From Candidatus Iainarchaeum sp. (GTDB lineage: Archaea > Iainarchaeota > Iainarchaeia > Iainarchaeales > VGJJ01), in assembly GCA_043803765.1 (NCBI GenBank), contig JAZDJQ010000010.1, positions 1 to 15,517 on the forward strand: DNA of 15,517 nt, read 5' to 3'. This document shows positions 7,438 through 15,517 of the stretch, in pieces. Position 1 is the first letter of the stretch, and each line of letters starts with the position of its first letter. The notes under the pieces are model-generated. The model worked only from the letters and a program-made list of their open reading frames with translations. It ran no database searches and was not told where the DNA came from. The position numbers and the translations under genes were made by a program.

Positions 7438-7821
7438 TTAAATATGCATCACGGTATTGATCAGCCAGTTTAGTACTTGCGGGTTTGTTCCGAGTGCGAT
7501 GGCCATGGTTGCAGGGTTTCTCTCGTTCAACCGTCGTCTGAATTCTAAATACTGTGTTCGTGTCAAATAATGCCGAGTGGTTTGTTTGGTGCGTGCGTTG
7601 TATACCTCTACTCCAACCGGCTTCTCCCTTTGCTTCTGGTCATAAAATGCCCGATATATCATCCTATTTTTTTTCATGGGTTTTCCTAAAACCAATAGTC
7701 CTTTTCGAATAGGAGGCGGGCGTGCTCTTATTCGTTCTCTTTCCCATGGCGTGATTACACTTCTTCGTACGGATACCCTGGGCCGTGGTGCTTTTCGTGG
7801 AGCGTGGGTGATGACCGCCAT
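7438..7821 (-). CDS. Arg/Pro-rich basic hypothetical protein
   Basis: 127-aa ORF filling the gap; TATAAAG ~25 nt upstream on - strand. Confidence 0.65.
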   Translation of the reverse strand: MAVITHAPRKAPRPRVSVRRSVITPWERERIRARPPPIRKGLLVLGKPMKKNRMIYRAFYDQKQREKPVGVEVYNARTKQTTRHYLTRTQYLEFRRRLNERNPATMAIALGTNPQVLNWLINTVMHI

Positions 7822-7859
7822 ACCCTCTTTTATCTTTCCTGCCCTTTATATGATGTTGG

Positions 7860-9251
7860 ATGTTTGCTCAGAAATATACTCCACAGTCTCTTTCCCAAAT
7901 GATTGGCAACCCCGAGGTCATAACGGAAATACGGTTGTGGGCGCAGGGATGGAAGCAGGGAATGGTTTCTCGTCCTCTTTTGCTAGTGGGCCCCCCGGGT
8001 GTGGGGAAAACCCTTTCCGCGTATACGGTTGCGAGAGAGTTTGATTTTTCTCTTGTTGAGTTTAATGCTTCAGACACGCGGGACAAGGAGACGATTGAGA
8101 AAGTGGTTTCGGCGGCGGCAACGAATGCTAGTTTTTCAGGGAATCCTCGTCTCGTGTTGTTAGATGAGGTGGATGGTCTTCAAGGCCGTATGGATCGAGG
8201 CGGTTTGTCGGCTATTCTTTCCGTGTTAAAAGAAGCAAAAAATCCTATTATTCTTACTGCGAATGATATTTACTCCGATTCTAAGCTTGCAGGTATTCGG
8301 ACGTTTTGTAAGATGCTTTCTTTTCGCAAAATTCCCTATCCTAGTATTGCGAAGCGTTTGCGTGAAATTGGGGATGCGGAAAATATTGATTATGATGCTC
8401 TTTCGGTTACGGAGTTGGCAAAAAACTCTTCAGGAGACATGCGGGCCGCCCTGCTTGATTTTGATATGGTTACGCATTCAACAAAGAAGATTACGTTAGA
8501 GGATGTTCAGCAATCCGGTTATCGTGAGCGTTCGGAGAATGTGTTTACTGTTATTCGTAGCGTGTTCACTTCCCCCAGTTTCAATGATATTCGTCGTGCC
8601 CATTCGAGCGTTGAAGTGGATGATAGTCTTTTCAAGAAGTGGATTGAGGAAAATATTCCCCGTCAGTTTCCTATGATTCGTTCTCTTGCCTCTGCATTTA
8701 ATGCTCTTTCGAGGAGTGATGTTTTTGATGGGCGCATCTATAAGAGGCAGCATTATGGTTTTCTCAAATATTCGGGTGATATTGCGGCGTCGGTTGGGTT
8801 GCATACATCGGATCGTGCGCACGGTTTCATTTCATATCAGTTTCCTTCTATTCTAAAGCGTTTGTCGGTTCAAAAAGGTTCATCGAAGCGTTCGGTAGTT
8901 GAAAAAATCCAGTCTCATGTTCATGGTTCGCGTTCTCGTATCACACAAGAGTTGGTGTATTATTCTATTCTTCTTGCGGATGAAAAGAATGCTCCTCATT
9001 GGATTTCTCTTTTTGGGTTTGAGGCAGAAGATGTGGCGTTTCTTCTTCAAACCACTCCTTCTTCTGTCCGCGTTAAACGTCTTATGAAAGATGCCGTTGT
9101 GTTGCGTGCGCGTCCTCGTTCTTCTATTTCTCCTCTTTCTGAAGAATTGCTTTCGGTTGATAAACTATCCAAAAGTGAAACGGTTTCCTCTTCTCCCTCT
9201 GATGAGAAGGAATCGCATAATCAGACGTCATTGTCTTCTTTTTTTAATTAA
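7860..9251 (+). CDS. rfcL: Replication factor C large subunit
   Basis: KYTP N-terminus, GPPGVGKT, EFNASDTR, LLDEVDG, GDMRAAL, WIEEN, C-terminal PIP box QTSLSSFF. Confidence 0.96.
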   Translation: MFAQKYTPQSLSQMIGNPEVITEIRLWAQGWKQGMVSRPLLLVGPPGVGKTLSAYTVAREFDFSLVEFNASDTRDKETIEKVVSAAATNASFSGNPRLVLLDEVDGLQGRMDRGGLSAILSVLKEAKNPIILTANDIYSDSKLAGIRTFCKMLSFRKIPYPSIAKRLREIGDAENIDYDALSVTELAKNSSGDMRAALLDFDMVTHSTKKITLEDVQQSGYRERSENVFTVIRSVFTSPSFNDIRRAHSSVEVDDSLFKKWIEENIPRQFPMIRSLASAFNALSRSDVFDGRIYKRQHYGFLKYSGDIAASVGLHTSDRAHGFISYQFPSILKRLSVQKGSSKRSVVEKIQSHVHGSRSRITQELVYYSILLADEKNAPHWISLFGFEAEDVAFLLQTTPSSVRVKRLMKDAVVLRARPRSSISPLSEELLSVDKLSKSETVSSSPSDEKESHNQTSLSSFFN

Positions 9252-9823
9252 TGCATGCGTCGCATGAGTTGGATCGCTTGTTCGTTTAATTCGTTTGGAT
9301 AGGTTCGATGAGCCTTGCGTAAATAAAGCAGTAATCCTACTGCTCTCAATTGTTCATTTGGGCATCGTGCAAATGCTCCGAGTGGTCGGCGCCATTTTTC
9401 TGGTATTTTTTGCGAATTCACAAATTGAATGGTGCTATTCGGGTCAGTTAATAATTCGGTTAGTCGCGGGAACTGGTGTGCGATATGAATCGATGTTTCA
9501 TCTAACCCTCTGCTCATCACCATTTGTTCAATTCGTTGCAGCCATTCTTTTGGAATAGGTTCGTTTCCTGCAATCACCACATAGTCTTCTATTCTTTCTT
9601 TCATTTTCCCGTTGAGCGTTGGGTTTCTTTCTTTTGATGGAATGAGTGCGAGTCTCCTGAATGGGTGGATAGCGGTTCGCATTCCCGGATTGTGTGTTGC
9701 TTGTTTAGCCAGCCATGTTGCCGCGAGTAACCATTTGGATTCCTTTCCCCTTGTCGTTGAAGCAATCTGTTTTTCTCTCCTTCTTGGGGGTAGGCTTTCT
9801 TTTCCTGTGGAAATGGGGGGCAT
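9248..9823 (-). CDS. Basic hypothetical protein
   Basis: 191-aa ORF filling the gap; stop shared with rfcL (TTAA); TTAAAG ~25 nt upstream. Confidence 0.7.
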   Translation of the reverse strand: MPPISTGKESLPPRRREKQIASTTRGKESKWLLAATWLAKQATHNPGMRTAIHPFRRLALIPSKERNPTLNGKMKERIEDYVVIAGNEPIPKEWLQRIEQMVMSRGLDETSIHIAHQFPRLTELLTDPNSTIQFVNSQKIPEKWRRPLGAFARCPNEQLRAVGLLLYLRKAHRTYPNELNEQAIQLMRRMH

Positions 9824-9876
9824 ACTCCCTATTCATAGGCGACTCGCTTTAATGTTTTGTGCTAGGTGGAAATGGT

Positions 9877-10947
9877 ATGAATAGTCGTGATAAAGGCTGG
9901 TTGGAGGAAATAGCTCAATCCCACTCTACTCCTTTTGGGGTTCTTCTTCCCCGTGTTGCTCAGGCGCGTTATTTTGAGCTATTGGATGCGTTCCATTCCA
10001 TTTCTCCTCATGTTAGGATAGGGTATTCCGTTAAAACGAATCCTCACCCTGCTATTCTAAAAGCATTAGATGGGATGGAGTCGGGTTTTGAATGCACTTC
10101 CCTTAGGGAATTGGATGCGGTTTCTTCTTTTTCTCGTTTTCTTTTGTTTAATGCTCCTTGCTCTACGGATGAGGAAATAGCATTGGCGCTTTCTCGGTCT
10201 GCTATGATTATTCTTGATTCTCTTTCTCAGGCAAATCAGGTTTCTCGTATCGCGAATGGGAAAATGCTTGACGTGGGCCTGCGTCTGCGCTTGGACCATC
10301 ATCGTTTTGGTTTTTCCCCGGATGATTTTCCTTCACTTTTTTCTATTCTCGAATCGCTCAAACTGCGTGTTACTTTTCTTCATGCGCATCCCGGTACGAA
10401 TTGTACGCTTAATCAGTATCGTTCTTTCATGGAAAAGGTAGCGGGTGTTCTTCCTCTTTTTCCTCATATTACTTCGATTGATATTGGGGGCGGTATTCCC
10501 GGAAAAACAAGTTTGGTTGAGCGGAAGGAATCCTTGCATGATTATGCCAAAATTGTTCATGAGAAAATAGGAAAAAATGTTCGGGATAAAACCCTTATTC
10601 TTGAACCGGGTCGTTTTCTTGTGGAAGATTCAATGATATTAGTTGCGCGTATTCAGCACCTTAAGCAGATTGATGGAACCTTTTTTGGTATTCTGGATGC
10701 GGGAATCAATATTCTTCCTCGTATCAGCATGAGTCCGTATCGTTTTTTTCCTATCACGGAATCGGGAGAGAAGCGTGTCTCTTTGCGTTTGGCCGGTCCT
10801 CTTCTTTTTGGTTCGGATGAATCCGGTCAAGTGGTGGGGAAGCTCACGCAAGGGGATTTGGTTGGAGTGGAGAACATTGGTGCGTATTGTACGGAGCTTG
10901 CCTGGCATTTAAGTCGGGATGCTCCTCCAATTATTGTAGTGGAATAA
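9877..10947 (+). CDS. Fold-type III PLP-dependent decarboxylase (LysA/ODC family), substrate uncertain
   Basis: YSVKTN (PLP lysine), RFG, HAHPG, DIGGG, EPGR, DAG, GAY; AGGTGG upstream of ATG 9877. Confidence 0.9.
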   Translation: MNSRDKGWLEEIAQSHSTPFGVLLPRVAQARYFELLDAFHSISPHVRIGYSVKTNPHPAILKALDGMESGFECTSLRELDAVSSFSRFLLFNAPCSTDEEIALALSRSAMIILDSLSQANQVSRIANGKMLDVGLRLRLDHHRFGFSPDDFPSLFSILESLKLRVTFLHAHPGTNCTLNQYRSFMEKVAGVLPLFPHITSIDIGGGIPGKTSLVERKESLHDYAKIVHEKIGKNVRDKTLILEPGRFLVEDSMILVARIQHLKQIDGTFFGILDAGINILPRISMSPYRFFPITESGEKRVSLRLAGPLLFGSDESGQVVGKLTQGDLVGVENIGAYCTELAWHLSRDAPPIIVVE

Positions 10948-10952
10948 TTTTT

Positions 10953-11555
10953 TTATTTTTTCATTGCCTTTCGCAGGAATTTTTCTAGTATTTTTCTTTT
11001 GGTTTCATTCTGTTTGAGTTTTCTATTGGCAATTGGAATTATTTTTTGTATATAATCCGCATCGGCTATTTTTTTTCCTTCCAGTATGAGGGGTACGTTC
11101 ATACGGTGTGTTCCAAAAATTTCAATGAGTATTTTTCCTTTTCCGATGTAGTGAATTCCTACTCGTTTGACTCCTGCTTCTTGGCACGCGTGCAAAACAA
11201 GCTGTGCTTTTTCGATGGAATGCGTTCCTATCACGTATACAAATGCGTCTTGTTTCAACCAGAGGTTCCTATTATTGGAATATGTGGCGATTCCTTCCTC
11301 TACTTCTTTTTTATTTACCGTGCGGTGCCATTTTCTATAAAATGCCCCGGGTCTTTTTTCTTCGTTTTCGGGTAAGTCCATGAGAGTAATTCTTCCGGAG
11401 CAAGTCGATGTGGTGAAGTAGTCTTTTGTTTGTGCAACGTGCCGGGCAAAGGGTATCATGAGCGGGTCTATTTTTTCTTCTTGTATTGCTTTTTCTAATG
11501 TGTGCGCGTGGTGGATTTTGACCATTTTGAATGGTGCATTATTTTCTTCGCTCAT
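10953..11555 (-). CDS. taw3: tRNA wyosine N4-methyltransferase Taw3/Tyw3
   Basis: ID...YFTTSTCSGRI and KWH motifs; ANRKLxxN C-terminal helix; ~200 aa. Confidence 0.92.
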   Translation of the reverse strand: MSEENNAPFKMVKIHHAHTLEKAIQEEKIDPLMIPFARHVAQTKDYFTTSTCSGRITLMDLPENEEKRPGAFYRKWHRTVNKKEVEEGIATYSNNRNLWLKQDAFVYVIGTHSIEKAQLVLHACQEAGVKRVGIHYIGKGKILIEIFGTHRMNVPLILEGKKIADADYIQKIIPIANRKLKQNETKRKILEKFLRKAMKK

Positions 11556-11648
11556 TCACCAGAATGAACATCGGAATGAATAAAAGAGCTTTTATCGCAA
11601 GCGTTTTCTCTCATTTTTTTCGAGTGTATTAAAATAACCTTTCTTCCC

Positions 11649-12419
11649 GTGAAACGTATGGCTTCTCATTCTTCTTTGAAGAAGGATTCTCTTTATTGGA
11701 ATTATTGGGAGGAATTGGTTAAAGCCTCAGTATATCGTCAATCTAGGGAAATTCCGGCCATTGCGGATGCGGCTCAAATTAATGGAAAAAATAGTATTGA
11801 TGCGGGATGCGGTCCCGGTCGTCTTATTCTTCCTTTTTCTAAAATGGCTAAAACCATTACAGCAGTGGATGAGAATGATTGGGCGATTTCTTCTGTTGAG
11901 AAGATAATTAAGGAAAATCGTTTAGATAATGTTCAGGTTGCCCAGTCTCCTCTTGTTTCTCTTCCTTTTGATGATGGTGTATCCGAATCAACGTATTGTA
12001 TTTGGGTTATTCATCATGCTAAGAAGCGTTGGGAGAAAATAGTGAGGGAACTTGTTCGCGTTACACGTTCTGGAAGTCCTGTTGTGGTTGGTTTTGCTTC
12101 GGGACAAAAGGATTTGCCTCGGTTGGAGGATGTAGTAAAGAAAGGGCATTTGTCTTCTGCTCAGTCTTTTGACCATTCTTTTCCTGCCTGGTGTAAGGAA
12201 GAATCCCTGAGTGTCTCTTTGCATACGGTTCCATTATCTTTTGAGTTCAACTCTCCAGAGTGGGCATTAGAGGTTTTTTCCAATACTTTTTTTCCTCGTC
12301 ATATTGAAAAGGAATCATTAGATGCTGCTTCTCATTTTCTTCAGCAGCACGTGCGGAATAAGAAGTGTATAATTGAGCAGGAGCTAATTCTCTATACCTT
12401 GAAGGAACAATCTGATTAG
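11649..12419 (+). CDS. Class I SAM-dependent methyltransferase, unknown substrate
   Basis: IDAGCGPG, AVD, LPFDD, VIHH, ELVRVTRSG motifs. Confidence 0.88.
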   Translation: MKRMASHSSLKKDSLYWNYWEELVKASVYRQSREIPAIADAAQINGKNSIDAGCGPGRLILPFSKMAKTITAVDENDWAISSVEKIIKENRLDNVQVAQSPLVSLPFDDGVSESTYCIWVIHHAKKRWEKIVRELVRVTRSGSPVVVGFASGQKDLPRLEDVVKKGHLSSAQSFDHSFPAWCKEESLSVSLHTVPLSFEFNSPEWALEVFSNTFFPRHIEKESLDAASHFLQQHVRNKKCIIEQELILYTLKEQSD

Positions 12420-13267
12420 AATCGCTTTGCTTGTATATCGAGTGTGTAGTGCCATTTTTTAGGTCCAAAGCTTTTCACTTGTTGTGTGTGCAGGAGGGTG
12501 CATGCATACCCGTATTGTATTCCTGTTTCTCGTACATCTTGAAATAGTTTTTCTTCTTCTCCTGCGTGGCATACTCCTTCGTAGTGAATGATTCCTCCAT
12601 TATTTTTTAGCACATGAAATGCAGCGGGTAATGCGAAGCGGGGTGCGGGAATGTATCCCATGATTACACGGTCGGCTATTTTTCCAAGCGTAGAGGCTAA
12701 TTCAACACAGTCTCCTTGCATAATGTGTAATGTGTTTTCTGGAATATGATTTAGTTTTTGATTCGTTCGAATGGCTTCGATTGCATCCGGGTTTTTGTCC
12801 ATGGCATATACTTTCATTGGTTGCGAATGTTTTGCTATTGGAATGCTCCAATATCCCATTCCGCAGAAAAAGTCGACTACGGTTTCTCCTTTTTTTACGT
12901 TTTCATACATTCTTTTTCGTTCGCTCATGTTTCCTTTGCTCCACATGAGTTTGGTTGCGTCGAATCGGAATATGCATCCGTGTTCATGGTGTTCAACAAT
13001 CGTGTTGTTTTCTCCGCATACGTATTCAATTTTTGGCAGTCTATTTTCTCCTTCTATTTTTCCTGTTTTTAGGCAAATTGTTTTGATTCCATGAATGGTC
13101 GCCAGGGCTGCCTCTCCAATTAATTCTTTTTTTTCTAATAATTCGGGTTTTAGTTGAATGATGGCAATATTTCCCAATCGTTGAAATCCGGAGGGGAGTT
13201 TTTCCTGTTCAGCAGGTGAGAGGGTATGTTCCATTTTTTTCGTCATTTGTTCTTTGAAGGATGCCAT
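12416..13267 (-). CDS. taw2: Taw2/Tyw2 tRNA aminocarboxypropyltransferase (Trm5 family)
   Basis: HHEHGCIFRFDATKLMWSKGNMSER, DFFCGMGYWSIP, ADRVIMGY, IIHY, VKSFGP. Start 13267 avoids overlap with nob1. Confidence 0.85.
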   Translation of the reverse strand: MASFKEQMTKKMEHTLSPAEQEKLPSGFQRLGNIAIIQLKPELLEKKELIGEAALATIHGIKTICLKTGKIEGENRLPKIEYVCGENNTIVEHHEHGCIFRFDATKLMWSKGNMSERKRMYENVKKGETVVDFFCGMGYWSIPIAKHSQPMKVYAMDKNPDAIEAIRTNQKLNHIPENTLHIMQGDCVELASTLGKIADRVIMGYIPAPRFALPAAFHVLKNNGGIIHYEGVCHAGEEEKLFQDVRETGIQYGYACTLLHTQQVKSFGPKKWHYTLDIQAKRF

Positions 13268-13319
13268 ACTATTCCTTTTTTCCGTTTCCTTTTTGAACTG
13301 CGCCTTCCAGCAATGAGGA

Positions 13320-13742
13320 ATGCGTTTCATTTTGGATAGTGCTGTTTTCATCAATTCGGATTCCTTTCCTTTCAATGAAAAAGATGAGTATGTGATGCCT
13401 TCTTCTTGTGAGAAGGAAATTAAAGAGAAAGTGGCGGTGATGCGGTTGCACGCAGCACTCGATCAGCACTCCAATTTTACGATTACGGACCCCTGTTTTG
13501 CTTCTATTCAGACCGTGCGGATGTGGGCAAAGGCTCAGGGGAATAGTCGTCTTTCTCCCGCAGATGAATCGGTTTTGGCCCTTGCTTTTGAGTCTTTTGA
13601 CAGGAAAGAGAAAGTAATGGTGTTCACGGATGATTATTCGATTCAAAACATTCTGAAATGGGCGCGTATTCCTTTTTCGGGTATTCTTCAAAAGGGGATT
13701 ACAAAGAAACGTGTTTTCGGCAAAAAACGATTAAAACAATAG
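13320..13742 (+). CDS. nob1: Nob1-like PIN-domain rRNA-processing endonuclease (PIN domain only)
   Basis: FILDSAVFI, EI, LSPADESVLALA, TDDYSIQN signature. Confidence 0.88.
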   Translation: MRFILDSAVFINSDSFPFNEKDEYVMPSSCEKEIKEKVAVMRLHAALDQHSNFTITDPCFASIQTVRMWAKAQGNSRLSPADESVLALAFESFDRKEKVMVFTDDYSIQNILKWARIPFSGILQKGITKKRVFGKKRLKQ

Positions 13743-13786
13743 TCCGTATGAGTGCGGTTTATAGGAATAATCCCCCCGGCTTCTAC

Positions 13787-14014
13787 ATGCTTACGGGTTT
13801 GTTTGGCTACTCCCTCATTTTCGAGCTTCTCGTATTCTATTTTGCACTTCATCTTCTTTTTCAAAATACTCCTAAACACTGGGTCTACTTAGGTGTGGGG
13901 TTGCTCGCGCTTTTTGTTTTGGCCGATCCATCGAGTGCTATTTGGAGCGAATTGTTACAGGGGAGCTACGGACATTTTTGGAATACTCTTTTGGCCAATG
14001 TGGGCTGGCGTTAA
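13787..14014 (+). CDS. Small membrane protein (75 aa)
   Basis: MLTGLFGYSLIFELLVFYFALHLLF...; two hydrophobic helices; TTTATAG ~25 nt upstream. Confidence 0.6.
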   Translation: MLTGLFGYSLIFELLVFYFALHLLFQNTPKHWVYLGVGLLALFVLADPSSAIWSELLQGSYGHFWNTLLANVGWR

Positions 14015-14502
14015 TTATTTTTTTCCCATATGTTTAATGCAATGCTCGTGATGAAAAGATTGGCGAGTATTCGTATTCCTGCTCCTGGATAGGTTCCTAG
14101 AAACTCTTCAGGTCGTAATAAAATATTCTGTCCCGCCTGCAAATCAAAAAGTAATTGAAATAGTATTGTTCCAACAATTCCAAATATTAATACGTGCTTC
14201 CCGCTTGTTTTAGAGAAGAGTGACGTCATTCCTATTACACTAATTCCTGCTGCTAACGCATACGAAATGATTTCCCAATTCATAATGGAATATGTTGTGA
14301 GTCCTGCCAATAGGCTTCCTCCAACCGCTACTAGTATTCCATCATTAGCCGTGTGCAAATAGGCTGCTACCAATGCAATCGGAATAATCAATACCACTAC
14401 GGGTTCTCCACTCACTGCAATAGGAGATAAAAGTGCGGTTCCTATTCCTGCTACGATGCTCAAAAATAATGGAGATGGTTTTTCTTTCTCCCCCATGTTC
14501 AC
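14011..14502 (-). CDS. Polytopic membrane protein, possibly ECF S-component-like
   Basis: About 5-6 hydrophobic segments in 163 aa; LVAAYLHxxxxGILVAVGGSLLA resembles S-component helices 2-3. Confidence 0.7.
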   Translation of the reverse strand: MNMGEKEKPSPLFLSIVAGIGTALLSPIAVSGEPVVVLIIPIALVAAYLHTANDGILVAVGGSLLAGLTTYSIMNWEIISYALAAGISVIGMTSLFSKTSGKHVLIFGIVGTILFQLLFDLQAGQNILLRPEEFLGTYPGAGIRILANLFITSIALNIWEKNN

Positions 14503-15365
14503 CCACTCTCACTGTCTAAGTCCGCGTCAATATCCTGTTTGGGTTGGGGTCTGAACTCCGAGTGTTCAATTACATATTCTTCTATTTTTCGGGCTATTTT
14601 TTCCCTATTGATTCCAACGTAGAGTCCTCCAATTGCCAGGAAAGCGATAATGAATGCGAATGCGGGGCTGCTGGCAATATCCTCGAATATTTTTCCTGCG
14701 TCAATCGGGTCGGCGATGGGAGTTAACACCGTATATTCAATTGGGAGTGCGTTCCCTGAGAAATTAGTAATGGTGATGATGTTTCCCGAAACGACAACGC
14801 TTGGTGGTAAAAGTTTTGTATCAATAATAGCATTGCTTGGGAAATGAATTTTCACTTGGGCATTAATAGGGATGCTGATATTTCCTCCTGCGATAAATTG
14901 CACTAACCATAAGTCGGCAAGCTTCCATCGTGTGCTTCTTCCTTCGGTTCCTATTTTGATGGGTTGTACCAAATTTTGCGGATAGTCATAGGACAGAGTG
15001 AGTGCAGGTTCTTGACTTGTAGTGTGGTTGAGGATGAATTCAATTCCTTCTACTTGGCTTTCTAATCCAATGTACGGATGAATAAACGGATAATCTTTTT
15101 TCCATTCAAACAGGCTTGGGTTGTTTTCTTCAAAATCGGTTTCAAATAATTCCGCTTGTCCTGCAAAATAATTGAATAAGAATTTTTCTTCTACTCGTGC
15201 TTTTCCATTTTCTTGGATGAATATATCAATATCGTGGAATGCAATTTGTTTCTCTTCGATGCGGAAAGCGCCTTGTCCAAATGCCATTCCGCTGAGCAAT
15301 AGGGTTAGTATTCCTATTCCTCCAATGATTCCCGCTAGCCCCCTTATTTGCATACGCATATCCAT
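14499..15365 (-). CDS. Exported protein with signal peptide, C-terminal TM anchor and acidic tail
   Basis: Hydrophobic N-terminus ending AFG; IDIFIQENGKARVEE beta-rich segment; TM FAFIIAFLAIGGLYVGI; tail DIDADLDSESG. Confidence 0.8.
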   Translation of the reverse strand: MDMRMQIRGLAGIIGGIGILTLLLSGMAFGQGAFRIEEKQIAFHDIDIFIQENGKARVEEKFLFNYFAGQAELFETDFEENNPSLFEWKKDYPFIHPYIGLESQVEGIEFILNHTTSQEPALTLSYDYPQNLVQPIKIGTEGRSTRWKLADLWLVQFIAGGNISIPINAQVKIHFPSNAIIDTKLLPPSVVVSGNIITITNFSGNALPIEYTVLTPIADPIDAGKIFEDIASSPAFAFIIAFLAIGGLYVGINREKIARKIEEYVIEHSEFRPQPKQDIDADLDSESG

Positions 15366-15420
15366 TACTCTTTCTTCCTTCTTATAATTATGATTGCTCC
15401 ATTCGGGCTTGTTGAAATCC

Positions 15421-15467
15421 TTTATAAATAGCCTAAAATAGGAGGTTTTGCCTCCTACTTTAGGTGG
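15421..15467 (+). promoter_or_regulatory. TATA box followed by an inverted repeat and a Shine-Dalgarno-like site
   Basis: TTTATAAATA (15421-15430), CCTAAA-A-TAGGAGG-ttttg-CCTCCTA-C-TTTAGG (15432-15464), AGGTGG (15462-15467). Confidence 0.6.
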
Positions 15468-15474
15468 TTTTCGT

Positions 15475-15517
15475 ATGAGTATTCTGATTCCTGTCGAATA
15501 TAATTCCTTCTATTCGC
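15475..15517 (+). CDS. Probable start of a gene truncated by the window edge (MSILIPVEYNSFYS...)
   Basis: ATG 7 nt after AGGTGG; frame open to the window end. Confidence 0.4.
   Translation, partial: MSILIPVEYNSFYS

Noticed and set aside
9877-10947. Naming the decarboxylase lysA
   Set aside because: The CESGD motif is absent and no lysine pathway genes are nearby.
13268-13375. N-terminal extension of taw2
   Set aside because: Would overlap nob1 head-to-head; family-like sequence begins after 13267.
4094-13879. Many short alternative-frame and antisense ORFs (e.g. 4999-5436, 6141-6554, 7676-8044, 11046-11375, 12758-13094, 13269-13691)
   Set aside because: They overlap well-supported genes and show no recognisable motifs.
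1-15517. tRNA, rRNA, CRISPR array, transposase, integrase or defence genes
   Set aside because: Intergenic gaps are short, with no cloverleaf, spaced repeats or relevant protein motifs seen.

Overview
Gene-dense archaeal chromosomal window, probably from a small-genome DPANN-type lineage (inferred from very short intergenic spacers, shared stop codons, TATA boxes ~25 nt upstream of starts and divergent housekeeping genes). Core genes: 3' half of Cdc48/VCP, an M50 site-2 protease, Cdc6/Orc1, a Nudix hydrolase, RFC large subunit, Nob1, and the wyosine tRNA enzymes Taw3 and Taw2. Most notable accessory content: (i) six convergently arranged class III signal (type IV pilin-like) genes; (ii) a very basic protein with a YABBY/HMG-box-like motif heading a probable 3-gene operon; (iii) a fold-III PLP decarboxylase with an altered active-site loop and an orphan SAM methyltransferase interleaved with taw3/taw2; (iv) Nob1 lacking its Zn ribbon; (v) Arg/Pro-rich orphans flanking rfcL. 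No rRNA, tRNA, CRISPR array or mobile element was recognised. All assignments are from motif reading by eye; no database searches were run.
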